NCBI RefSeq assembly: GCF_006345805.1 | Contig: NC_043024.1 | Span: 15,314,001 to 15,378,000 of the forward strand | DNA: 64,000 nt | Origin: Octopus sinensis | Taxonomy: Eukaryota | Reading direction: 5' to 3' | In this document: one piece after another, positions 1 to 11,586 of the stretch | Layout of the letters: each line of letters opens with the position of its first letter | How positions within the stretch are numbered: position 1 is the first letter of the stretch | Made by a program: the position numbers and the translations under genes | The notes under the pieces: generated by a model | What the model saw: only the letters and a program-made list of their open reading frames with translations | Told to the model about the DNA's origin: nothing | Databases searched by the model: none

Positions 1-2892
1 ACATGACCATACCAGCGCAATCGTCTCTCTTGCACACAACAACTGATGCTTCTTAGGTACAACATTTCTCTCAAGGAACTAACTCTCTGTCGAGTAAGTA
101 CACTGACATTACACATCCATCGGAGCATACTAGCTTCATTCCTCATGAGCTTACGCATGTCCTCAGCAGTCACGGCCCATGTTTCACTGCCATGTAGCAT
201 GGCAGTTCGTACACATGCATCATACAGTCTGCCCTTTACTCTGAGTGAGAGGCCTTTAGTCACCAGCAGAGGTAAGAGCTCCCTAAACTTTGCCCAGGCT
301 ATTCTTATTCTAGCAGTTACTCTCTCAGCGCACCCACCCCCACTACTGACTTGGTCACCTAGATAACGGAAGCTATCAACTACTTCTAATTTTTCCCCTT
401 GGAAAGTGATGGAAGTTGTTTTCTGCAGATCTTCGGAGGTCAATGCTCCCGAGCATCTGCCACATACAAAATCTATCTTCCCAGTTAGCCTACCTTTGAC
501 ATTGCTGCACCTCTTATGTGTCCATAGCTTACACTGGGTACATCTTATAGAGTTTCTACCTACACCTTTTCTACAGATCGAGCAGGGCCATCTTCCTGAG
601 GACATTTGTGGATTGTCTACCTTTCTACTTATTAGTACTTTGGTTTTAGCTAGGTTGATCTAAGTGTTTTTTATTCTAAACCCTCCTTCCACACCTCGAA
701 CTTCACCTCCAGTTCTGATAGTGACTCAGCAATTAGAGCGAGGTCGTCAGCATAGAGGAGCTCCCAGGGGCATCCTGTCTTGAATTCCTCCACAATTGCC
801 TGGAGGACTATGATAAATAGGAGGGGGCTGAGTACTGAACCCTGGTGGACCCCAACCTCTACTTTGAATTCTTCTCTGTACATGTTGCCAACCCTAACCT
901 TACTTACGGCATCTCTGTACATGGCTTGCACAGCCCTAACCAGCCATTCATCTATCTCTAGTTTCCTCATTGACCACCAGATGAGGGATTGGGGGACCCT
1001 ATCAAAGGCTTTCTCCATGTCAACGAAAGCCAGGTACAGGGGCTTATCTTTGGCTAGGTATTTCTCCTGCAGCTGCCTTACCAGGAATATAGCATCAGTG
1101 GTGCTTTTCCCTGGCATGAACCCAAACTGCATCTCATCTAAACTAACTCTCTCTCTAATTAGTTGGGCTATGACCCTCTCCGTAACCTTCATTACCTGAT
1201 CCAACAGCTTGATACCTCTGTAATTATTTGTATCTAGGGCATCACCTTTACCCTTGTAGCAGTTGACTAGTATGCTGCTACACCAGTCATTGGGTATGAC
1301 TCCTTCGTGTATCACCTGGTTGACTATACGGGTGACTAGGTTATAGCCGACACTGCCAGATATTTTGAGCATCTCTGCAGTAATTCCTGATGGGCCTGGG
1401 GCTTTCCCTGTCTTCACGCTTCTAATTGCCTTAGCTACCACGGAACTATCAACTCGGATAGCTGGTCCCTCTGTTGGGTCGACATTCGGCAGACTCTCTT
1501 TATCCCATTCATTTTCTTTATTCAGCAACCTTTCATAGTGGCATCTCCAAACCTCTCTCTTTGCATCCTCATTTAGCGCAAGTGAACCATCATCCATGCG
1601 AATACACTTCTCTCCTACCACATCACGATTCTCTCTCACACACTGTCTTGCAACACGAAATACCTCAAGTCTTTCATCCTCACGGCGCAGAACATTGGCA
1701 AATTTTTTCTTATCCGCTTCCCCTCTGGCTAAATAAACCTGTCTCCTAGCTTCCCTTCTGGCTGTCTGATACAATTCCCTGCTACCACCGTTCTTCCAGT
1801 CCTTCCAAGCCTGTCTCTTTTGTCTAATAGCCCTGTCAACCACAGTGTTCCACCACCATGTTACTCTGGGTTGAGATGGTACTTTTCTCCATCCACAGAT
1901 CTGGTCAGTGGCTGTCAGCAGATTGTCCCGTAGAAATCTCCAGTTGTCTTCCACATTAAGTGAAGCTATATCCCCTTCTATTTCGTCAAAGGCTTCGAGT
2001 AGTATGTCTCTAAATCTCTGTCCATTTGCAGGATCTTTAAGCTTCCAGACCCTTCTCCTCCAAGCTGGTCTTCTTCTGGGCAACCATTTAGCTCTGATCC
2101 TGAAGTCGCTAACTACTAATCTATGTTGAGGAGTACATTCTTCGCCTGGAAAGGTTTTGGCATTTATAATCAGCCCTCTTTCCCTTTTTCTGGCAAGGAT
2201 GTAGTCAATCTGGCTGGTGTGTCTGCCAGAACGGTAGGTGACTAGGTGAGAGGTGGGTTTCCTGAAGTTGGTATTGCAGACCATAAGGTCATTTGCATCG
2301 CAGAACTCCAGCAGCCTGGTTCCCTCCTCATTACGAGAGCCAAAACCGTAGCCTCCATGGACGCCATGGAAGTCCCCGACATGCCGTCCGACATGTCCAT
2401 TGAAATCACCTGCCACGAGGTAGTCCGCAATAGGGTGTCATAGAATTGGTCTTTTTGTCCTTCCGGTAGTCCTGGTTGAGGGGCATATGCCGAGATGATG
2501 GTAGCTGTCCTGTGGTGAAGGACTAATCTAATTTTAATTACTCTGTCACTTACTCTGACTACCTCGATTACCTTACCTACCCATTTCTCAGCAAGAAGTA
2601 TACCCACGCCCCTGACCCCGTCAGTGTTCCCTGCCCAGAAAATCTTGTACCTGTGTTCCTTGCCTGTGAGGAGACTAGCGGAACCTCCTCTCCACCTTAC
2701 TTCCTGGATACAACATACATCCACATGTCTCCGTTCAAGCAGCTCTACAATCTCTCCAGACCTACCTTTCAATGTGCCAACATTGAGTGTGCCAACTCTG
2801 AGGGTGTGGGAGGTGTAGGCTTCTGAGACCCTGGGATGAGGGACAGTCGTGTCATGTACCTGAAAAGAAAGCTTGCAGTTGGCAGATTTCAT
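1..2892 (-). mobile_element. RTE-clade non-LTR retrotransposon ORF (APE endonuclease + RT), frameshifted, running off the window's left edge
   Basis: ORF 2242-2892 has APE motifs (GTLNVGTL, CCIQEVRW). After a frameshift near 2410, ORF 671-2416 has GDFNGHVG, SQIDYIL, QFGFMPGKSTTDAIF, FVDMEKAFD, GVHQGSVLSPLLF and LLYADD. A further frameshift lies near 670. Confidence 0.95.
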
Positions 2893-2913
2893 ACTGAAAC
2901 ACTTTCTTTAAAG

Positions 2914-3106
2914 CCCACAAGGTGCTAAACATAGAGAGTACAAACAAGGACAGACAAAGGGATTAAGTCGATTACATCGACCCAGTATATCGACCCCGAA
3001 ATGATGAAAGGCAAAGTCGACCTCAGCGGAATTTGAACTCAGAACGTATTGGCAGACGAAATACGGTTATGCATTTCGCCTGGCGTGCTAACGTTTCTGC
3101 CAGCTC
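2914..3106 (-). mobile_element. tRNA-derived SINE (family B)
   Basis: Minus strand reads GAGCTGGCAGAAACGTTAGC (A-box-like) ... GAGTTCAAATTCC (B-box-like); related copies at 12273-12503, 13975-14176 and 15237-15467. Confidence 0.8.
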
Positions 3107-3635
3107 ACTCACTCACTCACTCTCTCACTCACTCTCTCACTCACTCACTCACTCACTCACCCACCCACATCCTCACTTACCGACCCACTCACTCACTCAC
3201 TCACTCACGCACCCACTCAATCACTCACTCACTCACTCACTCACTCACCCACCCACTCACTCACTCTCTCACTCACTCACTCACTCACTCACTCACTCAC
3301 TCACTCACTCCTCACTCACTCACTCACTCACTCACTCACCCACCACTCACTCACTCACTCACCCACCCACATACTCACTTACCGACCCACTCACTCACTC
3401 ACTCACTCACGCACCCACTCAATCACTCACTCACTCACTCACTCACTCACCCACCCACTCACTCACTCTCTCACTCACTCACTCACTCACTCACTCACTC
3501 ACCCACCCACTCACTCACTCACTCACCCACCCACTCACTCATTCACTCACTCACTCACTCACTCACTCACTCACCCACCCACTCACTCACTCACTCACTC
3601 ACTCAATCACTCCCTCACTCATTCTCTAACTCACC
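3103..3635. repeat. (ACTC)n tetranucleotide satellite with ACCC variants and an internal higher-order repeat
   Basis: Direct reading; accounts for the His/Ser/Leu/Thr ORFs 3033-3629 and 3049-3651. Confidence 0.97.
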
Positions 3636-3809
3636 CTTCAGCCTGTTATGAAAACAACCTTCTCCAAAATTCATTAAAGACAACAGACCAGTATTTTTTA
3701 AAAAAATTCTTTATTAAAGTTCAGATCCCACAAAAAGTAATTTTTAGCCAAATTTTATGGTTACATGGCAGTTTAGGGCAACATCACAACACTATTAATA
3801 AGAAACTTA

Positions 3810-4046
3810 TATCGGGTTGGTACATAATTATTGCGGCTTTTTTTCAACGAATTTTATTTAACAAAATCAATAACAATATTTAACAAAAGCATCTTTAAAT
3901 GATGGTCTGACCGTCTGCCAAGCAAATGGGAAGCAGTAATTGAAGTAGATGGTGACTATGCTCCAGGATAATTATTTAAAAATGTTTTTATTACATGTTA
4001 TTGCTTTTGTTGAAAAAAGCCGCAATAATTATGCACCAACCCAATA
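3810..4046. mobile_element. mariner-derived MITE
   Basis: TA-flanked TIRs TCGGGTTGGTACATAATTATTGCGGCTTTTTT / AAAAAAGCCGCAATAATTATGCACCAACCCAA; the interior encodes RLPSKWEAVIEVDGDY, resembling the mariner transposase C-terminus. Confidence 0.88.
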
Positions 4047-4059
4047 ATAATGTGAATAG

Positions 4060-4595
4060 ATTCCAAATTGGAATATTGCAGACAGAATATGTGAACCATT
4101 TGCTAACATACAAAAATAACGAAGAATTTTGTAAAATAACTCTGTCATTATTAGCAGTTTTGTTATCATACTTCTATTGAAATACCTCAACTTTCTTTCT
4201 GTTAATTAAGAAAATAGGGAAGAATTTAATAAATTTTATTTAGTAAAATAAAATGGTTTTGTTAAAATTAAGTTTCAAAATAAGAATTTAGTAAAATAAC
4301 TTTGTCGTTATGATGCTGGTGTTTTGAACATATATTAACATGGAACTTTTTAATGGAACTCACTTTAAAATAGAAAGATTTTAACATAGAAGCAGGTGGT
4401 TGTCTCAAGTGGGTTGATATTGAAAGGGCTAGTAGGTGTTCCTTAATATCCCCTGGTGATTGTCAAGGACGGTCTGAATGTTAAACAGTTAACTGGCCTA
4501 TGACACTTGCCATATATGTAAGTATGTATGTATGTATGTATGTATGTATGTATGTATGTATGTATGTATGTATGTATGTATGTATGTATGTATAT
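4060..4595 (+). repeat. Interspersed repeat with (TATG)n tail; second copy in opposite orientation at ~54833-55290
   Basis: 4330-4515 matches the reverse complement of 54833-55030 (e.g. TCTCAAGTGG..TTGATATTGAAAGGG..GTAGG..TTCCTTAATATCCCCTG). Confidence 0.75.
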
Positions 4596-4608
4596 ATGTC
4601 CTGTCAGG

Positions 4609-5562
4609 TCACTTTTGAGTGCCTTGTTCATAATATTCTTCTTTGCTAATTGATAAGTCATTAGAGGTAAGCAGAGAAGTCAATTCTGCATCTCCAGGCC
4701 ACCATCCTCTTGGATGAACGACCTCAATCCTTGTGGAATCTGCTGTGATAGAACTGATTTCCTTCTTCATACGCTCTTCAAAACCTTTGAATGTTGTCGA
4801 ACCACCAGACAATACAATGTTGGCAAACATGCCTTTCCTAATATCCCTATCACATTTTATGATTGAGTTATAAATCAGTTTATGAATGCCATCAGATTCC
4901 TTACCAATTAAACTTGGCTGGAACATAACTTCTGGCGTTCGGAATCGTTCATTGCCAATGGTAATGGCTTGCTTGTCAGGTAATCTATATTTCTCAGAGG
5001 CTGCAGTCTGCATTTCCTGTTCAAAGTCTAGAGCAACATAACAGCACTTCTCTTTGATGTTACGGACAGTTTCCGTCTGAGAATGACTGTCAAAGGAATT
5101 GCCAGGTAAAGTCAACATACTCGTAAGGTAATCTGTCATGTCCACACCACCAAAATCCCACTGGACAGCAGCATCTCGTTTAATTGACCCGTCATAGACA
5201 GGGACAATTTGGGTGATGCCATGACCTACATCCACAGACATACCTGTGCTATGACCAGAAGCAAAAATGGACAGTAAAGCCTGATTAGTAATACGTAATG
5301 TGTGAGCATTAAACTTTTCAAACATAATTTCGGCCATCTTTTCTCTGTTGACCTTAGAATTATGAACAGCCTCAGTCAACAAGATAGAGTTTTCCTCAGG
5401 TGCAACTTCCAACTTGTGGAATATATACTGCCAAATCTTCTCCATCTCATCCCAGTTGGTAATAACACCACGTTCAATAGAATGCTTCAAATCAAGAACA
5501 AACTTGTAATCAAAGTCCTTTTTGTTGTAGTAATCTTTGAGTTCATTTCCAATCATTTCATC
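4609..5562 (-). CDS. Divergent actin-related gene copy 1, exon 2 (degenerate C-terminus; possibly a pseudogene)
   Basis: Actin-like motifs LKHSIERGVITNWDEMEKIW, LLTEA, DVGHG, VRNIKEKCCYVALDFEQEM, ITIGNERFRTPE, NIVLSGGSTTF. Acceptor ttgtatttcag|GAT GAA ATG at 5563/5562, phase 0. Confidence 0.9.
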   Translation of the reverse strand, partial: DEMIGNELKDYYNKKDFDYKFVLDLKHSIERGVITNWDEMEKIWQYIFHKLEVAPEENSILLTEAVHNSKVNREKMAEIMFEKFNAHTLRITNQALLSIFASGHSTGMSVDVGHGITQIVPVYDGSIKRDAAVQWDFGGVDMTDYLTSMLTLPGNSFDSHSQTETVRNIKEKCCYVALDFEQEMQTAASEKYRLPDKQAITIGNERFRTPEVMFQPSLIGKESDGIHKLIYNSIIKCDRDIRKGMFANIVLSGGSTTFKGFEERMKKEISSITADSTRIEVVHPRGWWPGDAELTSLLTSNDLSISKEEYYEQGTQK

Positions 5563-5699
5563 CTGAAATACAATAAGAATTCTTGAAAGTTGGTTAATTC
5601 AATTGTTGAGATGTTAGGAATTATAGAAAGAATTACATGAATTATGGAAGAGGCCCTGTGTTGCTAGCAGAAGTAGGAGCTCTCTGAAGTTTACCCAGC

Positions 5700-6062
5700 A
5701 TATTCTTATTCTCACAGCTACACTCAGCTACTAACTTGGTCACCTAGATAACAGAAGCCATCTACGACCTCTAGCTTACCCCCCTGGCAATTGATGGAGT
5801 CTATTTTCTGTACATTTTCGGTGCTTATTGTACCTCTGCACCTTCCACACACAAAAGTTATTTTTCTTGTTAACCTTCCTCTGATATTGCTGCACCTCCT
5901 ATGTGTCCAAAGCTTACACTGGTTACATCTCATGGATTTTCTACCTATGCCTTTTCTAGAGATTGAGCAGGGCCATCTACCTGAAGGAGTTTGTGATTTG
6001 TTTGCCTACCTACTATCTATGACTTTTGTTTTTGCCAGGTTAACCAGTTGTACAGTAACTCA
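5700..6062 (-). mobile_element. RTE LINE fragment (zinc-finger-like insert and RT thumb region)
   Basis: Translates CNQCKLWTHRRC...FVCGRC...LEVVDGFCYLGDQVSS, homologous to the other RTE copies. Confidence 0.88.
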
Positions 6063-6323
6063 CCCACAAGGGATCGAGGCAGGTTGGGTCAACACAATCG
6101 TTGTGAGCAATAAAATTTCTCATATATTCTAGTTTCCATTTCTATATTTTTTGCTGTATACTCAAGGAACATTCAGGAATTCCTGAGGTAGATCCAGTGA
6201 CAATTGTGTAAGTACTGTTGATGACATCAGGTAGCCATAGGCAGTGAATGTGTTTCATCGGCTAATTAGGTACATACACAATACTTAGATAATTACTTAT
6301 ATATCTATCTATCTGTCTATCTG

Positions 6324-6357
<34 letters not shown>

Positions 6358-6360
<3 letters not shown>

Positions 6361-6520
6361 TCATCATCATCGTTCAACGTCCGTTTTCCATGCGAGTCTG
6401 GCAACGGCCACGATCAGATGGTGCTTTTTACGTGCCACCGACACGGAGGCCAGTCCGGGCGGCGCTGGCAACGGCCACGTTCAGATGGTTCTTTTACATA
6501 CCACAGGCACTGGTATCACA
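6358..6520 (-). mobile_element. Short RTE 3'-end-derived copy; similar copies at 7258-7418, 9064-9180, 13180-13660
   Basis: (TCA)n tail followed by TTAACGTCCG..TTCCATGC on the plus strand, matching the 3' end of the long RTE at 24890-25310. Confidence 0.75.
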
Positions 6521-6674
6521 TATATATATATATATATTTTAAATATAGGGAAAAAATTATTAATTTAATAATTAACAAATTTTACCAAGTAGCTTTGATA
6601 TGGAAAAAAGCCATTATCGGTAAAAACTTATATAAAAAGTTCTTTTTATAATTATAAATATAATTTAGGTTACT

Positions 6675-6831
6675 AGCAGAAAGTTGCTTCACCACATACC
6701 GAAAATTTAGAAATAGCAGTCAAGACTGACTAATTCCTTTAACTAGTGGAGTTATATTTGTAGTTAAAGGAATTAATCAGTTCTGACTGCTATTTCTAAA
6801 ATTTTGGTATGTGGTGATGCAACTTTTTGCT
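6675..6831. repeat. Palindromic (fold-back) element, 71-bp arms with 15-nt loop
   Basis: 6675-6745 is about 90% complementary to 6761-6831. Confidence 0.9.
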
Positions 6832-6849
6832 AAACCCTTAATTATAATT

Positions 6850-7180
6850 ATATATATATAAAGATGAGAATGTGTGTGTCTGTGTGTGTATCTGTCTGTC
6901 TGTCTGTCTGTGTGAATCCCTAAAACTTCAGAACTACAGAACCAATTTCATTCAAATTTTACACGTGCTTTTACTTACAGTCCATGTAGTGTCATAGGCC
7001 CAAAAACTTTTCAGCTTCTTACCTAGTGCAAACCCACAGCAATATCATATCTCCTCCACTAATTCAGTATTACGTGTCAAAAGTGAAACAATAACATCTT
7101 TCTATTGTAATGTCAGATATTTTCACTTTAATAGTTTCACTTTAATACTGAAACTATTAAAGTGAAACTATTATCTCACA
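6850..7180 (+). mobile_element. Probable non-autonomous Helitron/Helentron-like (DINE/Lep1-type) element; similar at ~9196-9410
   Basis: TATATATAAA start, (TGTC)n microsatellite, then AACTAC..AACCAAT....T.AAATTT block recalled as typical of such elements (recognition from memory). Confidence 0.5.
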
Positions 7181-7206
7181 TATATACAGGCATACATATA
7201 TATATA

Positions 7207-7238
<32 letters not shown>

Positions 7239-7530
7239 ATATATATATATATATATCATCATCATCATCATCATCGTCGTTTAACGTCCGTTCTCCATGC
7301 TAGCATGGGTCGGACGGTTCGACCGGGGTTCTGGGAAGCCAGAAGGCTGCACCAGGCTCCAGTCTAATCTGGCAATGTTTCTACAGCTGGATGCCCTTCC
7401 TAACGCCAACCACTCCGTGATATATATATATATATATATATCAATCAATATAAGGGTAACAAAAAATTCAAGAAAAATTTTCTGCAACCAGCGGTCAAGT
7501 GAGAAAATAGAGATAGTCACAGACTATATA

Positions 7531-7897
7531 GACTCACTTGAAAAGAGCAGCTAAACTCAAAACCGCAAAAATAGTAGTAATTCTGAAACTAGAGGAGAAA
7601 TAAAAACATTTATCCCCTTCAAACTTTGTACCCTGCAAGGTTTCAACATCTTTCACGCAATCAAATTTAATTAAATTAAATTAAATCTGTTTACGCTTGG
7701 CTTGTCTCGTCAGCAAAGTCGCCAAAAGAGGGGGAAGATATATATACACGAGGCTACACCATCCAAGCCTCGGGTCTATATATCCTAAATTTTTGAAAGC
7801 AAAGTTTGAAGGGGATAAATGTTTTTATTTCTCCTCTAGTTTCAGAATTACTACTATTTTTGCAGTTTTGAGTTTAGCTGCTCTTTTCAAGTGAGTC
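7531..7897. mobile_element. MITE with 98-bp terminal inverted repeats
   Basis: 7531-7628 versus the reverse complement of 7800-7897: one mismatch by eye. Confidence 0.9.
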
Positions 7898-7940
7898 GAA
7901 CGACCTTCTCAGGGTCATTCCTTAATTATTTGTTGTATAT

Positions 7941-8299
7941 ATATACAACTTATAAATAAGGGCAAACGAAAAAATTTCTAATGCCAAATATGCTGAAAAA
8001 TTGGACGTAAAACCATATAATTATTCACAATACGCACGCTACTTGAAAAAAAGTCGACAGAAATTTCTAAAAAATTCCATTAATACCATATCGGACCGAT
8101 TTCAGGGTTAGTTTGTAAGAACCCTCCCTTTGTCAGTGATAAATGTGGCAAAGAAATAAATGAGATACTTACTGATACCCATGGAAGAAGCAAAATACTA
8201 AGTCATGAGCACAATTAAGTACCCCAACTTAGTCCAATTTTTAGGCATATTTGGTATTAGAAATTTTTTCGTTTGCCCTTATTTATAAGTTGTTTATAT
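7941..8299. mobile_element. MITE with ~65-bp terminal inverted repeats
   Basis: ACAACTTATAAATAAGGGCAAACGAAAAAATTTCTAAT..CAAATATG...AAAAATTGGAC at the left end and its reverse complement at 8232-8293. Confidence 0.87.
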
Positions 8300-8633
8300 T
8301 TTTAACCGCTAAAGATATTTTTTAATAAGCTGGCCATTGATAAAATTTTTTTCTTTTGAAAACATTTTATCCTACATTAAATATATATATATATATATAT
8401 ATATTAGCGCAGAAAACGGACGTTAAACGATGATGATGATACATCTGCACAAATGTATATATATATATAGATGTATTGCATACATGTATATGTATAGATG
8501 TACATATATATAGATATAGTTGTATATGTATGCATGTATATGTGTAAATGTATATATAGAGAAATACATGAAATATGTACACATATATACATGCATGCAT
8601 ATATATACACCCACACACACACATATGCATAAG

Positions 8634-8945
8634 TGCAGGTGTGGTTGTGTGGTAAGAAGCTTCATTCCAAAACACATGGTCCTGGGTTCAGTCCCACTGT
8701 GTGGTGACTTGGCATGTGTCTTCTGCCATAGCCTCAGATCAACCAAAGCCTTGTGAGTGGATTTCGTAGAGAAAAAATGAAAGAAATCAATTGTATATAT
8801 GTAAGTGTATGTGTGTGTCTTTGTGTTTCTCCCTCATCACTGCTTCACAACTGCTGTTTGTTTATTTACTTTCCCATAACTTACTGGTTTGACAAGAAGA
8901 AACTGATAGAATAAGTACCAGGTTTATCAAAATAAAAAAAAAGCA
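8634..8945 (+). mobile_element. tRNA-derived CORE-like SINE (family A)
   Basis: GTGTGGTAAG A-box-like and GGTTCAGTCCC B-box-like motifs, CORE-like TTGGGCAAGTGTCTTCT in the family consensus, internal (TA)/(TG) tract. Copies at 11587-11995, 19548-19972(-), 56446-56860, 59738-60160, 60648-61055 and 63758-64000(-). Confidence 0.85.
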
Positions 8946-10046
8946 CTAGGCAGTGTCTCATATTTTTGTTTGCCCAACCTGTTGTATCTATTAATCTATC
9001 CTTTTGTGTGTGTGTGTGTGCATATATATATATATATATAATACACAAACACACACACGCATACATCATCATCATCATCATCATCATCGTCATCATCATC
9101 GTTTAACGTCCGCTTTCCATGCTAGCATGGGTTGGACGGTTCAACTGGGGTCTGGGAACCCCGAAGGCTGCACCAGGCATATGCATATTCATTATTTTAT
9201 ATAAAAGTCAATTTCCTTATGTGTGTTCGTGTGTTACTTATACATTCGAAAACTACTGCACCAATCCTAATGAAGTTTGGAACACAAAATCAAGCCTAGG
9301 GAGAAGAGTAATGCTGTGTGTTTCCTACAATTTCATGGACGAAAATTACTGAATGGATGCTTATGATATTTGAAACTTAGATTCAATGCATAAGGGCGGG
9401 TATAATGCAATTTGTTTGGTTTGAACTTGAGATGGCTTAAAGTGGTGAACTTTTAACCATAGATATTAGACACAGATGAAGTAATATTTCTAAACTTTCA
9501 TTTTAGAAGTTACAAAGACCCCTTCATGGGGATTTAACACCCACAATTTAGTCATTTTCTCTAAGCAAAGACGAATATAGTTGTACTCATGGGAGCTATA
9601 GGGTCACCGGAGCATAAAAGATGAACGTTATTTGTAATTGAATGGTACAACAGTGTAAGAGTTTGCTTTGAGATATATTTAGATTGTGATTTCTGCAATG
9701 TGGTGCATAAATTGTCAAGTAAAGGAGAGGCATCATGCGAAATAACCTGGAAAAGAAAAGACCCACGAAATAAAACCCTGTTGCTGGGAAACTGAGTCTC
9801 CAGGTGACCCAATGGGTCATGGGTAGTCTAGTATATTTTAAAATCAAGGACGCTGGACAGTGGGAAAATAAGAAAAGTAAACGTGGAAAAATACATGAAA
9901 AAGTGGTGCAAAAAATGGAATAAGAAAAATGAAATGAAGTCAAAAAAACTAATATCATCATCTTCCCTGATTGCAGAAAGCTCATTAATTACAACTGGTT
10001 TAGAATAAAATAAAATAAAATATGTCAAAGCCTGGAAGACAGCAAC

Positions 10047-10460
10047 TCAATGTGGAGTAGGTGGAACCCTCCAATTCAGTAAAAGAAACTTGGCCATGTG
10101 TCTACTTCTGCTCAAAATTTCAGATCTGCATTTCTTAGATCCATGAACATATGGCTTGAATTTCTCCACAATTCTCCACTTAATTGTGTGTGATGTGGAG
10201 CTGCTCCTCAAATTCCATACATGGCTAATCAATTTAGTTGTATTACTTTTATCAATGTACCTGAAAGAAAATAGGTGGTTTGCACAACGTTTGTTGAATT
10301 CACCCCTCACATAACCCAATGTAATTCTTCTGTAATACCTCAGTGTTTATTGTACGTGCCTCATATATTACAGAGTTCATTGTACATGCCTGGTCAAGTG
10401 GGTAGGCTTCAGGGTCTCAGCTGTTACAACTGGGTGTTGTCTCTTGCAGATTTTTAACAA
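10047..10460 (-). mobile_element. Penelope-like element GIY-YIG endonuclease remnant in intron 1 of copy 1
   Basis: GEFNKRCANHLFSFR...KLISHVWNL...HTIKWRIVEKFKPY..GSKKC; homologous remnants at 23400-23770 and 40715-41085. Confidence 0.8.
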
Positions 10461-10614
10461 GTTATAATGTTCTTCATATTAGAGCAGCTGTATGATATTT
10501 GGAAAACGGTGAAGGATTACCTGATATTAAAGTGGACATAAAAGCCAGGATCATTATTATCATTTTGTGTGTGTGTGTGTGTACAATTAGAGATATAAGT
10601 TGTTATCAACTTAC

Positions 10615-10737
10615 CGGCACATTAGGATAACCAACTTCTGAAGGAATGACAATTCTTGGTTCAGGATCACCTCCAAAGCCAGCTTTACATGTATGTGATC
10701 CATTATCAATGATGACAGGATGAACTACATCAGCCAT
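10615..10737 (-). CDS. Divergent actin-related gene copy 1, exon 1 (41 codons)
   Basis: [41 protein letters not shown] followed by GTAAGT donor at 10614; contains the actin phosphate-1 loop DNGS..CKAG. Confidence 0.93.
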
Positions 10738-10848
10738 GTTAGATAAAAGGTTCCTGGCTAAACTATAAAAATGTAAATGTTTTGTTGATATTGTTGTTGA
10801 TGGAACGTGAACTTGTGTTCGATTTAACTGCTGGTTGTTTAATGAAAA

Positions 10849-11390
10849 TAAAAATGTACAAGGAAGAAAGCTAAACTGTATCAATTGAATGAAATTTCAC
10901 ACTAATGGTAAAATGTAGAAAAGACAAGTATTAGTTTGTATTGGATTTCATGTTCTATTTTCTGACCAATATCTTTTCTTCATTACAAAACCAGGAAGAT
11001 TTCTATAAAGAAACTGCGTGCATACATTTAATTAATTATATTCAATGTTATTTCAGAAATGTGGTGAACCATACATTTGTTCATGTGATATTGTATAAAA
11101 GTTTTAAAGCAAACAATTCTTCCTTGTAAGAGTTTTGATTCTCCGGAATTCTCTTCCTGGTCCTATCTTTTCCTAAAACATTGTGACTTCAAGAGGAACA
11201 TACATAGCATGAATCTTGGCTAAAATATAGAAATATAAATGTCTGTTTTCTTAATATTGTTGTTTATGGAACGTGGAATTGTGTTGGATTTGACTGTTGG
11301 TGTTTAATGAAATTAAAAATGTTTGAGGAAGAAAGTTAAACTATTTTGGTTGGATGAAATTTCAATCTGGCGGATGAAATTTCAGATAAC
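10849..11390 (-). promoter_or_regulatory. Upstream non-coding tract nearly identical in all three actin-like genes (putative 5'UTR/regulatory region)
   Basis: Reverse complement of 22362-22903 and of ~39675-40216; about 5 differences versus copy 3 by eye. A regulatory function is inferred only. Confidence 0.55.
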
Positions 11391-11586
11391 ATTCAGATTT
11401 GAAACACCCCAATTGAGAAAGGAATGCAAAGACCAAGGGAACTGTCTCTAATTTCAGGCCCAGGAAGTAGAAAGTAAAAAATAAACACCTCACAAATTGT
11501 TAATGACTAATTCTGGATGAATAACTCAATTCTGGGCCCAAAATATGGTTGTTTGGTCAAGGATATATATGAAATGTATATAATAG

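Noticed and set aside
2855-2880. Splice-site-like TTTCTTTTCAG|GTACAT at the 5' end of the RTE ORF
   Set aside because: Single copy, the frame is open through it from an upstream ATG, and there is no supporting evidence.
3033-3651. ~200-aa His/Ser/Thr/Leu-rich ORFs (superficially reflectin- or histidine-rich-protein-like)
   Set aside because: Translation of the (ACTC)n satellite plus a SINE head; no splice or codon evidence.
10941-11129. 62-aa ORF conserved in three copies (MDFMFYFLT...)
   Set aside because: Starts at TTG, lies antisense to the actin-like genes, and differences are mostly nonsynonymous; conservation is explained by the homogenised tract.
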